A stretch of DNA of 46,325 nt. It comes from Patescibacteria group bacterium. Its GTDB lineage: Bacteria; Patescibacteriota; Minisyncoccia; Phycocordibacterales; Phycocordibacteraceae. Numbering within the stretch: the first letter of the stretch is position 1; each line of letters opens with the position of its first letter. Positions 27,248-36,605 of this stretch are shown here, piece after piece. A program made the translations under genes and the position numbers. A model generated the notes under the pieces. The model worked only from the letters and a program-made list of their open reading frames with translations. It was not told the origin of the DNA and did no database searches. The stretch lies in assembly GCA_013815345.1 (NCBI GenBank), contig JACDGK010000007.1:1-46325 (forward strand), in the 5' to 3' direction.

Positions 27248-29335
27248 ATGGCTAAAACGACGGAAAAAGACGTGAAAAACCGCGCCAGCAAAGCTGGCGC
27301 GGGCCAGTCCTATGATGCGTCCTCAATCACTGTCCTAGAAGGCCTAGAACCAGTCAGGAAGCGTCCTGGTATGTACATCGGGACCACCGGTCCCGATGGT
27401 CTTCACCACCTCGTATGGGAGGTTTTCGACAACTCACGGGATGAGGCTATGGGTGGTTTTGCGAACGACATCGAGATTGCACTTTTGCCGAATAATCGCG
27501 TACGCGTCGTCGACAATGGCCGCGGCATTCCCGTCGACAAGCATCCGCACACGAAAGTCTCAGCGCTTGAGACCATCATGACCACGCTGCATGCAGGAGG
27601 TAAATTTGGTGGGGAAGCATCGGGATACAAAGTGTCGGGTGGTCTACACGGAGTGGGTGTCTCTGTCGTGAACGCTCTTTCCACCTGGGCACGTGCCGAA
27701 GTTCACAAGGACGGAGGCCGATACGAACAAGAATACAAAATCGGTAAAGCGCAGGCACCGGTAAAAAAAGTCGGCACGTCGGAGCATATCGGCACGATTA
27801 TTTCATTTGAAGCTGACGCAAGTATTTTCGAAGAGGTAAAATATGACTGGGCTAAGATTGTGGCGCATGTGCGCCAGCAAGCGTATCTTGTGAAAGATAC
27901 GCGTATCAGTGTTATCGATGCACGGGATCTTGAAAAGGTGAGCGATCAAGGAGTGTTCTATCTCCGCGAGCTCAACCTCGAGGTGCCCTCAATGACGTTT
28001 TATTTCGAGGGTGGTCTCCGCTCACTCATCGCTTTTTATAATCAGCACCAAACGATTGCGCACAAGAATATATTTTATGTGGATCGTGAATTAGACAAGG
28101 TGCAAGTGGAGATCGCATTTCAGTATGTCGATGACCTCACGCCGCGCTTTTTGGCGTTTGCAAACAACATCTACAATGCCGAGGGCGGCACGCATGTTAC
28201 TGGCTTTAAGACAGCACTTACTCGCACGCTCAATACCTATGGACGCAATGCGGGCATTTTGAAAGAGAGCGAAGAAAATTTCACGGGAGATGACGCGCTC
28301 GAAGGCATCACCGCGGTCATCTCGGTGAAGATGCAGGAGATACAGTTTGAAGGACAAACCAAAGGCAAGCTTGGCTCGGTCGAAGCGCGTGGCGCTGTCG
28401 ATACCGTATTCAGTGAATCACTCGCTGCTTTTCTCGAAGAAAACCCCGACGACGCACGTGCAATCATAAACAAAGTGCTGCTCGCACTCAAGGCGCGCAA
28501 AGCGGCAAAAGCGGCAAAAGACTCGGTGCTTCGCAAGGGAGCTCTCGAAGGAATGACACTTCCCGGCAAGCTCGCTGACTGTCAGACAAAAGATGCGTCG
28601 GAATCCGAGCTTTTCATTGTGGAAGGGGACTCTGCTGGTGGTACTGCAAAGACAGGACGCGATCGTCGCACGCAGGCTATTCTGCCGCTGCGCGGCAAGA
28701 TTCTGAATATTGAACGTGCTCGTTTGGATAAGATGCTTGCCTCGGAGCAGATCAAGAATTTGGTTGTGGCGCTCGGCACCGCTATCGGCGACGTGTTCGA
28801 TCTGAACAAGCTTCGCTATCACAAGGTGATCATTGCGACCGATGCAGACGTAGACGGTGCCCACATTCGCACACTTCTTCTGACGCTTTTCTATCGCCAC
28901 TTCCGGGCCATCATTGATGGGGGATTTATCTATATCGCGCAACCACCGCTCTATAAAATCAAACGAGGAAAGGAAACTTTTTATTGTTATTCTGACGAAG
29001 AAAAATTCAAAATACTCGGTAAGGATGCGGAGGTACTAGAAGTAGCAGAAGAAGCATCGGATACGGAAGAAGAAAACGATGAGGAAGAAGAGAGCGATAC
29101 TAAAGCAAAGAAATCTCCAAAGATATCAATTCAACGATACAAAGGACTGGGTGAGATGAATGCGTCAGAACTCTGGGAGACGACGATGGATCCAAAAAAC
29201 CGCGTATTGAAACGAGTGACGGTTGATGACGCGGAAGCCGCCGATCGAATATTCGATATTTTGATGGGCACCGATGTCGCTTCCCGCAAGTCGTTTATCC
29301 AGTCGAACGCGAAGCTTGCGAACTTGGATCTGTAA
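27248..29335 (+). CDS. gyrB: DNA gyrase subunit B
   Basis: LEPVRKRPGMYIG, LHAGGKF, EGDSAGG, PLRGKILN, TDADVDG, QRYKGLGEM. Confidence 0.96.
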   Translation: MAKTTEKDVKNRASKAGAGQSYDASSITVLEGLEPVRKRPGMYIGTTGPDGLHHLVWEVFDNSRDEAMGGFANDIEIALLPNNRVRVVDNGRGIPVDKHPHTKVSALETIMTTLHAGGKFGGEASGYKVSGGLHGVGVSVVNALSTWARAEVHKDGGRYEQEYKIGKAQAPVKKVGTSEHIGTIISFEADASIFEEVKYDWAKIVAHVRQQAYLVKDTRISVIDARDLEKVSDQGVFYLRELNLEVPSMTFYFEGGLRSLIAFYNQHQTIAHKNIFYVDRELDKVQVEIAFQYVDDLTPRFLAFANNIYNAEGGTHVTGFKTALTRTLNTYGRNAGILKESEENFTGDDALEGITAVISVKMQEIQFEGQTKGKLGSVEARGAVDTVFSESLAAFLEENPDDARAIINKVLLALKARKAAKAAKDSVLRKGALEGMTLPGKLADCQTKDASESELFIVEGDSAGGTAKTGRDRRTQAILPLRGKILNIERARLDKMLASEQIKNLVVALGTAIGDVFDLNKLRYHKVIIATDADVDGAHIRTLLLTLFYRHFRAIIDGGFIYIAQPPLYKIKRGKETFYCYSDEEKFKILGKDAEVLEVAEEASDTEEENDEEEESDTKAKKSPKISIQRYKGLGEMNASELWETTMDPKNRVLKRVTVDDAEAADRIFDILMGTDVASRKSFIQSNAKLANLDL

Positions 29336-29340
29336 GACGA

Positions 29341-29408
29341 AACAAACAGAGCAAAAGAAAAACCCAGCGGGAGTAGTCCCGCTGGGTTTTTCTTTTGCTC
29401 TGTTTGTT
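29341..29408. terminator. Bidirectional terminator with a perfect 32-bp stem
   Basis: 29341-29372 pairs with 29377-29408 around a GTAG loop; lies between convergent genes. Confidence 0.9.
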
Positions 29409-30213
29409 AGCTCGCTACTACGCTCACTACACCAACGGCGTTATTGTTTGCCTCATTAGTTTCCTGGATAAGGTTGTTGGGATCAACGAGGATATTGATA
29501 GGCTCGTTGCTTCCGGGAGGTACTTGGTCGAAACCAAGGGTGAAAATAACACCATCACCAGGATTCAGAGATGCCTCGATGGGGGAGTTATAGGTGTAGC
29601 CGTTCTGGGTTGGGATGCGAGCGCCAAAATTCCAGGGGCCGGAGGCATTCGTGCCTGCATTAGAGATCGTAAAACGAACGGCGGCACGTGCGCCAACCGG
29701 AATAACTGGTGCAGCGACAAAAGAATCATTGGAGGCATTTGCGAGATAGCCGACCGAAATAATCGTGGTCGCTAGATCAGGAAGACCGTAGGGAGCACGC
29801 GTGCCACGTCCACCATTATTCGAAGGATAGCTAGGAGGGTAATTAGAAGGATAGTTCGTACGAGTCGGATACGTAGCAGGAGGGGAGTATGTTTGTATGT
29901 TTGTCGCCTGCGGTATGGTGACGGAGTAAGGCGTTGTTACCGTCGATGTCGCGTTATAGCCAAAAGGCACCGTTGTGCTTGATACGACCGCAAGCTGTGC
30001 CGGATATTCAGAACCACCTGGATGTGAGAGGTAGGCGCTTGCCGAAGAAAGCTTCGATACAGCATCAGACACATAGCGGGCGCTATAAATAGCAAGTGCG
30101 ATGCCGATAAAGAGAAGAATGATAAAACCAAGAATGGTAACCGCAGTCAAAGCCGGATTACGAGGCTTTTCAGTCTTTTTTGTCTCGGTCGTATGAATTG
30201 TTGTTGATTCCAT
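29407..30213 (-). CDS. Membrane-anchored protein with Thr/Pro/Tyr-rich stalk and C-terminal CARDB domain
   Basis: TM segment ILGFIILLFIGIALAIY; LPDL...ISNAG...VDPNNLIQETNEANN. Confidence 0.8.
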   Translation of the reverse strand: MESTTIHTTETKKTEKPRNPALTAVTILGFIILLFIGIALAIYSARYVSDAVSKLSSASAYLSHPGGSEYPAQLAVVSSTTVPFGYNATSTVTTPYSVTIPQATNIQTYSPPATYPTRTNYPSNYPPSYPSNNGGRGTRAPYGLPDLATTIISVGYLANASNDSFVAAPVIPVGARAAVRFTISNAGTNASGPWNFGARIPTQNGYTYNSPIEASLNPGDGVIFTLGFDQVPPGSNEPINILVDPNNLIQETNEANNNAVGVVSVVAS

Positions 30214-30244
30214 AGGTGCGTACTGTTTAACACATCGCATATTC

Positions 30245-30292
30245 CTTGTCAAGAGGCCCGATAGTGGGCCTGAATAGGGGGTACTTGACAAG
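30245..30292. promoter_or_regulatory. Back-to-back TTGACA boxes / candidate operators between the CARDB and sortase genes
   Basis: CTTGTCAAG (30245-30253) and CTTGACAAG (30284-30292), with an AGGCCC/GGGCCT hairpin between them. Confidence 0.45.
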
Positions 30293-30326
30293 AGTATGAT
30301 TGTAGTGTATTTATGTATAAGAACAT

Positions 30327-31052
30327 ATGGATACAAAGCAAGGGACATCTGCTCCGCAAGGAACACTACAGAACGTCTATGCCCGGAAGTGGACCTTCTT
30401 GGTGGCGTTTTTGGTGATTCTCTTCGTAGTGGTACGCGTGTTCACGGTGATCGGATTCGTCCCGAATCCGATCACGACAACCGTCGCGAGCAATGCCGGC
30501 GACACTATCATGACGCCCGTGACGCTCACGAATTCACCGCTTATCGCGAATGCGTCTGCAAATGGTGGAAATGTGGCGGCAACGAATGGATCGCTCAATA
30601 TGAACGGCGAGCTACCGACAAAAGTGGTAATTTCGAGTATTGGTGTTTCGGCACAGATAGCAAATCCTGCCACGACGAACATCGAAGCACTCGATCAATC
30701 TCTTTTGTCTGGTGCTGCACGTTATCCGACGTCAGCTACGCTTGACCAGCAGGGAACCGTTGTTCTCTTTGGGCATTCAAGCTACTTGCCAGTGGTCATC
30801 AACCGTTCGTTCAAAACGTTTGACGGTATCCAGAATTTGAAAGAAGGTGATCAGATCACCGTCTATAGCACTACACATGTATTTACCTACGCGGTAACGG
30901 GAGTGCAGCATGAGAGCGCGACTTTGGACGCGATCCCGCTTACGAGCACTGGTCATACGTTGGTGCTGGCGACCTGCAATTCGTTCGGACAGAAAACCGA
31001 TCGCTTTGTGGTCACCGCAACGCTTGTTGGAAGCTCTGCGCTTGGAAGCTAG
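30327..31052 (+). CDS. Sortase
   Basis: N-terminal TM segment; catalytic His (LFGHSS), Cys (LVLATC, cf. TLxTC) and Arg (TDRFVV); F..I..L..GD.I.V motif. Confidence 0.9.
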   Translation: MDTKQGTSAPQGTLQNVYARKWTFLVAFLVILFVVVRVFTVIGFVPNPITTTVASNAGDTIMTPVTLTNSPLIANASANGGNVAATNGSLNMNGELPTKVVISSIGVSAQIANPATTNIEALDQSLLSGAARYPTSATLDQQGTVVLFGHSSYLPVVINRSFKTFDGIQNLKEGDQITVYSTTHVFTYAVTGVQHESATLDAIPLTSTGHTLVLATCNSFGQKTDRFVVTATLVGSSALGS

Positions 31053-31165
31053 TTCTTCGGAACTGGTTTTCTCGGTGTAGAGCTCACTGCAAACGCAGAG
31101 GGGGCAAAAGTTCTTGCCGCGCTCGTTCCATTCCGGGATGAGGCGGCTCCATTGGAGGAAACCAC

Positions 31166-32113
31166 ATGAGGAAACTCATCGGCCTACTCATGGCGCCGCT
31201 CGCGGCGCTCATGATGCTCGCTTCTTTCTCGCCGGCTCACGCCGCCGAGGGAGACAGCTTCATGCGGGACGTGCCAAATCCGCATGCGCTCTCGGGGATC
31301 ATTAAGGAGAGTCTTCTGCTCGACCCAAGCGGAAAGAGCCTGCTCTCTCCGTCGAAGTGTCATCAGGCTTCGGCGCGTTCGTGCGCCAACGCCTGGGATT
31401 ACCTGGTTATGTTGTGGGAATCGGACCCGGAGGCGAAAGCCGACGGACGTCTGACGACCGTCGATCAACTCCCCGGCTTTCTCGACTCACTCGTCGAGGC
31501 GAAGATGGGCGACGAAGAGTACAACATGGCCTGTCTGGCCCCCATAGGGTCAGACGTCTTCAATCCCGTCTTCAACTGCATTCAAAGGCGGTTCGAAGCG
31601 AACGAACCGGGCTGGCAAGACCCCGTGTCCGGCCGGATCGTGCTGGCGCGTAACTGCACCAACCCGGTCGGTCAGACGACGGAGCTTATTGTCACGGTTC
31701 AGCCGTGCGTCACCGTCGGTGTTCCGGAAATTCCGCCGGGAACCGTCGTTCTCCACTACGAAGTGGTGAGCGGCGGGAAGATCCCACACTCGGTGCGCTG
31801 CCCCGACATCAACCCCTGCGATGATTGCAGGTGGGGGGCCGTGGAGGAAGATTTCACCTCCAAGACCGGGCTGGTGATCAAGGACCGTGAGGAACACAAG
31901 ATCATCAGTCCCAAACCAGGTTTCGGGGAGAAGATCAAGCTCTCCCACGACATCCTCAAGGAGGGCGGCGCCGTCATCTTCTGCGCCGATGTCATGGGAA
32001 GCGATGGCAAAATCCATCGCTCCGGATGGCGGGCCATGTTCTTCCGTCCGGGAACAACCGGGGGCCCTGCGTTCCAGGTTCCCTCGAAGTTTACCTTTCG
32101 GGATCCTCTCTAA
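31166..32113 (+). CDS. Secreted Cys-rich hypothetical protein
   Basis: Sec signal ending AHA-A; 10 Cys; GGAGG SD upstream; visibly GC-rich third codon positions. Confidence 0.7.
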   Translation: MRKLIGLLMAPLAALMMLASFSPAHAAEGDSFMRDVPNPHALSGIIKESLLLDPSGKSLLSPSKCHQASARSCANAWDYLVMLWESDPEAKADGRLTTVDQLPGFLDSLVEAKMGDEEYNMACLAPIGSDVFNPVFNCIQRRFEANEPGWQDPVSGRIVLARNCTNPVGQTTELIVTVQPCVTVGVPEIPPGTVVLHYEVVSGGKIPHSVRCPDINPCDDCRWGAVEEDFTSKTGLVIKDREEHKIISPKPGFGEKIKLSHDILKEGGAVIFCADVMGSDGKIHRSGWRAMFFRPGTTGGPAFQVPSKFTFRDPL

Positions 32114-32129
32114 CCTCGAGGTGAGTCTA

Positions 32130-32172
32130 GTGTGGCGGGCATCTATGCGCCCGCCACACACTCTCCTCTTTT
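32130..32172 (+). terminator. Rho-independent terminator
   Basis: GTGTGGCGGGC / GCCCGCCACAC stem followed by a pyrimidine/T run. Confidence 0.6.
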
Positions 32173-32249
32173 TATACGCCGTTATAACGGCATGGAATCA
32201 TTATTTAACAAAGAAGCAAATTATTATCGAAGAAGTTACTCAGAAAATT

Positions 32250-34589
32250 ATGAAAACAATCAATCAAATCGCAAATCTCAAAAACCGACCGATCGCGCTC
32301 GGTGTGATTACCGTATTCGCGGTAATCCTTCTAGGTGCATCAATTGCGTTTGCAGCGGGATTTGCAAACCCTCTCAAAACCTTTGCCGATGATTTTGGCG
32401 GAGATGTACCCTGTGATTGTGGAGGAATCCCCATCGACATACCACCAATAGATATCGGGGGTGATATTCCTTGTGACTGTGGAGGCCTTCCTCCTATCGA
32501 TGTACCACCTATCGATGTGGGCGGCGATGTACCCTGTGATTGTGGCAATCTTCCTCCTGAAGTTCCACCAGTTGATGTACCTCCCGTAGATGTACCTCCA
32601 GTGATTCCACCAGTTATTCCCCCATTTGCGCAGTGTATCTCGCTCACGGGAACACCTCAGAATATTCAGCCAGGAGCAGCGGTTACGATTACCTGGCGCA
32701 CGCTCAATGCCACATCCATCTATATTACTGGTATTGGTTTTGTGACGCCCGTGCCTGGCGGCTCGGCTGTCGTACATCCGATTCACGACACTACGTATGT
32801 TGCGACCGTGAGGGGTGTGGGGGGTACGGTGAATTGTCAGACAGTAGTGCACGTCACAACGCCACCACCACCAGTATTGCCACAGTGTGTTTCGCTCACC
32901 GGATCGCCAGCAAATATAAAATCAGGAGAGGCGTTTACGCTTACCTGGAAAACGCTCCGTGCGAACTCAATTTACATTAATAACGGTATTGGTTTCGTAA
33001 CGCCTGTTGCAGGAGGCTCCATTGTCGAGCATCCTACCCATGACACTACCTATATCGCGACGGTGAAAAACGCCGCAGGAAGTGTGAATTGTCAGACATC
33101 AGTGCACATTACGACGCCACCGCCACCGGTATTGCCACAGTGTGTTTCGCTTACGGGAACACCACACACCATTAGGTCAGGTGACGCGTTTACCATCGCA
33201 TGGAAAACGCTTAATGCGACTTCAATCACTCTTAACAACGGTATCGGGCGCGTAACGCCGGTCGCGGCGGGCTCAATTGTTGAGCATCCGACCCACGACA
33301 CTACGTATATCGCGACCGTTGCTAATGCCGCGGGCAGTGTAAATTGTCAGACGTCAGTCGTGGTCACTACTACACCACCACCTCCCGTACCTGAATGTAT
33401 TCAGCTTACGGCAAGTGCCACTGTTATAAATCCAGGGGACGCCGTCACACTTAGCTGGGTAACATCGCACGCGAATTCACTCTTTATCGATAACGGCATC
33501 GGCTCGGTTAGTCCTGTTGCAAATGGTTCGATCGTGGTGCATCCAAACGGAAACACGACCTACCACGCAACGGTGCCTGGTGCGGCGATCAATCCGAATT
33601 GTAGCGTGAGTGTTGTTATCCAAACACCACAAGTATGTACCTATAACTGTGGCGGAGGAGGCGGATATTTCCCACCCCCACCCCCACCATATATTCCTCC
33701 GGCACCACCGACTGCAGCGTACATCTCACTTTCTCAGATCCCGTATACCGGTCTTGATCTGGGGCCTGTAGGCACTGTCGTGTACTGGGTCGCCCTCATC
33801 GTCTTCTGTGCCTCAGCAGCCTACCTCACCTTGTTTAATCTCGTGCCATTCCTGTATCGCCGTTTGCATCTCTTTGGTGCTGGCGTGTCGCAGGTAATCA
33901 ATCAGCCAAGTGCTGTTATGCCGCTTGCGTCATACGCTGCTGCAGCAGCTCCGGTACTCACTGCATCTGCGTATCCTGTGGAGTCACCACTCTCTCCGAG
34001 CTACACAGTACCTGCCCCGGTGAAAAGTTACTCTTCGGCGCAAGGATTCAGTTCGTTTGCGCAGGGAAGTGCCCTCACGATCGATGATATTGTAAAAGGT
34101 CTCGCCCGTGAAGCAGGGGTCTCACCCGACGCTCCTGCGGTTGCGGCCTACACGGCTGCGGCGAACGCTGAAGCTGCACGGAATACTCAGGTGGTCATGT
34201 CAGAAGCGCGTCCTGCCACTACTTCTGCTGCATCTCCGCAGCAATCTACAAACGCTCCTATATCTACGGACGTTCGTGATTTCATCGCATCACTTTTACA
34301 AGGAGATCGCGATGTAGTGTTCGGCTCGATCCGTCAGATCGTTCGTGAAGGAGGTAATGCGGAAACGTTCCTCACCCAGGTTGTGTGTGGACTTGATGAC
34401 GCGTATCGCGCTCGTCTTGACGGCACGAAAGTAAACGCAGAGATCGCCACGCTCACCGAAAAATGTGCAACGCCATTCCTCGAGCGTCTTACGGCTGCTC
34501 TTACGAATGCCGTTGACTCGAGCTATTCACCGGGCATTTCCGGCGCAAAGCTTGCGGTCACCCGTGCGCTCGGAATTATCGAAGGTTAA
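32250..34589 (+). CDS. Surface protein: signal peptide, CDC repeats, four Ig-like repeats, internal IPYTG sorting-like signal, TM helix and long cytoplasmic domain
   Basis: 779 aa from ATG 32250; GGD[VI]PCDCG x3; four 84-85-aa repeats; IPYTG at 33738-33752, then a hydrophobic helix, then RR. Confidence 0.8.
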   Translation: MKTINQIANLKNRPIALGVITVFAVILLGASIAFAAGFANPLKTFADDFGGDVPCDCGGIPIDIPPIDIGGDIPCDCGGLPPIDVPPIDVGGDVPCDCGNLPPEVPPVDVPPVDVPPVIPPVIPPFAQCISLTGTPQNIQPGAAVTITWRTLNATSIYITGIGFVTPVPGGSAVVHPIHDTTYVATVRGVGGTVNCQTVVHVTTPPPPVLPQCVSLTGSPANIKSGEAFTLTWKTLRANSIYINNGIGFVTPVAGGSIVEHPTHDTTYIATVKNAAGSVNCQTSVHITTPPPPVLPQCVSLTGTPHTIRSGDAFTIAWKTLNATSITLNNGIGRVTPVAAGSIVEHPTHDTTYIATVANAAGSVNCQTSVVVTTTPPPPVPECIQLTASATVINPGDAVTLSWVTSHANSLFIDNGIGSVSPVANGSIVVHPNGNTTYHATVPGAAINPNCSVSVVIQTPQVCTYNCGGGGGYFPPPPPPYIPPAPPTAAYISLSQIPYTGLDLGPVGTVVYWVALIVFCASAAYLTLFNLVPFLYRRLHLFGAGVSQVINQPSAVMPLASYAAAAAPVLTASAYPVESPLSPSYTVPAPVKSYSSAQGFSSFAQGSALTIDDIVKGLAREAGVSPDAPAVAAYTAAANAEAARNTQVVMSEARPATTSAASPQQSTNAPISTDVRDFIASLLQGDRDVVFGSIRQIVREGGNAETFLTQVVCGLDDAYRARLDGTKVNAEIATLTEKCATPFLERLTAALTNAVDSSYSPGISGAKLAVTRALGIIEG
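32631..33620 (+). repeat. Four intragenic repeats of 252-255 bp (Ig-like, two Cys each)
   Basis: Units start at 32631, 32883, 33138 and 33393: [QE]C..LT....W.T..A.S....GIG.V.PV..GS.V.HP...TTY.ATV......NC. Confidence 0.85.
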
Positions 34590-34602
34590 AAATAGAGGGC
34601 GC

Positions 34603-34662
34603 AAAAGCCCCCATGCAATTCGCAGCGAAAGCACTTAGGCTGCGAATTGCATGGGGGCTTTT
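34603..34662. terminator. Bidirectional terminator with a perfect 24-bp stem
   Basis: 34603-34626 pairs with 34639-34662; lies between convergent genes. Confidence 0.88.
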
Positions 34663-34667
34663 TGCTT

Positions 34668-36428
34668 TTACGCTCGTTCTCTAATCTCGGTTTGGATCAG
34701 TCCAATGAAATTTGAAATTGCCACCGGCTCGAGTTTTCCTTTGTCACGACTCTCGACGGAAACGGTCTGTTCTTCGATTTCCTTATCGCCGACCACGAGC
34801 ACATAGGGAATTTTCTCGGTCTTTGCGTTGCGGATCTTTTTGCCCATTGATTCGTTTGCGTCATCAATATCCGCACGTATGTTTGCGGCGCGAAGCGCCG
34901 TGAGAATTTCAGCACCATACGCTACCTGTTTTTCGGATACCGGCACAATACGTACTTGTACCGGCGCGAGCCAGGTAGGAAAGGCACCTGCGTAGTGCTC
35001 GATAAGAAATCCAAATATGCGTTCAAGACTTCCAATAGTGGAGCGATGGATCATGACCGGACGTTTCTTTTTGCCGTCGCTATCAATGTATTCGATGTCG
35101 AATTTCTGTGGCAGGAGGAAGTCTATCTGCGCAGTGAAAAGGGTGTCTTCTTTACCGTTTACATTTTGGGCCTGCACATCGAGTTTTGGCCCGTAAAATG
35201 CGGCTTCATCAAGGGCTTCGATATACGAAAATCCAAGTTCATCAAGCGCCTCTTTCATCATTGCTTCGGCAGTATTCCACAATTCATCATCGGGGTAGTA
35301 TTTCTCTTTATTGCTTGGGTCACGTTTTGAAAACCGATACGTCACGATATCGAGAAGTCCAAGACCTTTCATTCCTTCCACGATCATGCGGCATACATTT
35401 TTAAATTCTTCTTTGAGCCCCTCAGGCGTTACGAAAAGGTGACCGTCCGTGAGTTGGAATTTGCGCACGCGAATCATACCCATTAATTCGCCCGATTTCT
35501 CATACCGGTTGTAGTCGCAAATCTCTGCGTAGCGCACTGGAAGCTCGCGATAGCTCCACGGCTTTCGTTGATACATGCGGATGTGGTGTGGACACGCCAT
35601 AGGGCGTAGATAAAATTTGTCGCCATCCATGTCGATCGGGGCATACATATTGTTGGCGTAGTGCTCGAGATGGCCGGAGGTACGATACAGTTCTTCACCC
35701 CCGAGATAGGGAGTGGATACATGTTCGTACCCATATTTGCGTTCAAGCTCACGCGTAAAGTTTTCAAGTTCAAATTTCACCGCCGTGCCTTTTGGCGTCC
35801 ACATTGGAAGCCCACGTCCAACTTTTTCATCGATAATAAAAAGATCGAGGTCGCGGCCGAGTTTCTTGTGGTCGCGCTTCTCTGCTTCTTCTCGTTGGGC
35901 TTTATAAGCCTCAAGTTTAGCTTTTGTATCAAACGCTAGGCCGTATATTCTTGTGAGCTGTGCGTTTTTTTCATCGCCCCGCCAGTACGCGCCCGCAATG
36001 CGGTCAAGGGTGAAGGAATCTGCCGGAATGTCATGCGCAGGTCGTTCAGAGTGCCCCCCGCGACAGAGATCACTAAAATCACCAGCGGTGTAAAGCGTCA
36101 TTGACTCTCCTTTAGTAACGATCTCATCAATGAGCTCGAGCTTATAAGGGTTTCCAGCGAATCGGGCTCTCGCATCTTTTTCAGAAATCTCCACGCCACT
36201 CATTTCAGTCCATGTCGGAAGAAGTTCGCGCATGGTTTCTTCGAGGGACGCGAGATCATCTTCGCCGGGAGCTTTTTCGCTTTCTAATCCTCCTGCGAAA
36301 TCGAAGTCGTAATAGAAGCCGTTATCAATGGCTGGCCCGATAGTCGGCTTCGCATTCGGATATCGTTCTTGAACCGCTGCAGCGAGCAAATGGGCGAGCG
36401 TGTGGCGTTTTTCCGGCAGGGAAGTCAT
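34668..36428 (-). CDS. thrS: Threonyl-tRNA synthetase (no N-terminal TGS domain)
   Basis: RHTLAHLLA, DLCRGGH, GAYWRG, RDHKKLG, PMACPHH, AFYGPKLD, IHRS..GS.ER. Confidence 0.96.
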   Translation of the reverse strand: MTSLPEKRHTLAHLLAAAVQERYPNAKPTIGPAIDNGFYYDFDFAGGLESEKAPGEDDLASLEETMRELLPTWTEMSGVEISEKDARARFAGNPYKLELIDEIVTKGESMTLYTAGDFSDLCRGGHSERPAHDIPADSFTLDRIAGAYWRGDEKNAQLTRIYGLAFDTKAKLEAYKAQREEAEKRDHKKLGRDLDLFIIDEKVGRGLPMWTPKGTAVKFELENFTRELERKYGYEHVSTPYLGGEELYRTSGHLEHYANNMYAPIDMDGDKFYLRPMACPHHIRMYQRKPWSYRELPVRYAEICDYNRYEKSGELMGMIRVRKFQLTDGHLFVTPEGLKEEFKNVCRMIVEGMKGLGLLDIVTYRFSKRDPSNKEKYYPDDELWNTAEAMMKEALDELGFSYIEALDEAAFYGPKLDVQAQNVNGKEDTLFTAQIDFLLPQKFDIEYIDSDGKKKRPVMIHRSTIGSLERIFGFLIEHYAGAFPTWLAPVQVRIVPVSEKQVAYGAEILTALRAANIRADIDDANESMGKKIRNAKTEKIPYVLVVGDKEIEEQTVSVESRDKGKLEPVAISNFIGLIQTEIRERA

Positions 36429-36605
36429 GAGTCAGAGCATATCATAAAGTGAGGGCCCCCGGCATATAAAACTATTTTGGAGAGTTAAGCGTAGTGCGCC
36501 ATCATTGTATGAAAACACCCTATGAGAAATATGATAATTAATTGTTGGGTAACATGCGGAATTGAACGTAACGCTCTCCAAAATAGTTTTATATGCCGGG
36601 GGTGC

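Noticed and set aside
29035-29115. Intein or insertion element in gyrB
   Set aside because: It is only a short acidic low-complexity loop with no splicing motifs.
31887-32249. 121-aa N-terminal extension of the 900-aa ORF
   Set aside because: It overlaps the upstream gene and its terminator; the signal peptide begins at ATG 32250.
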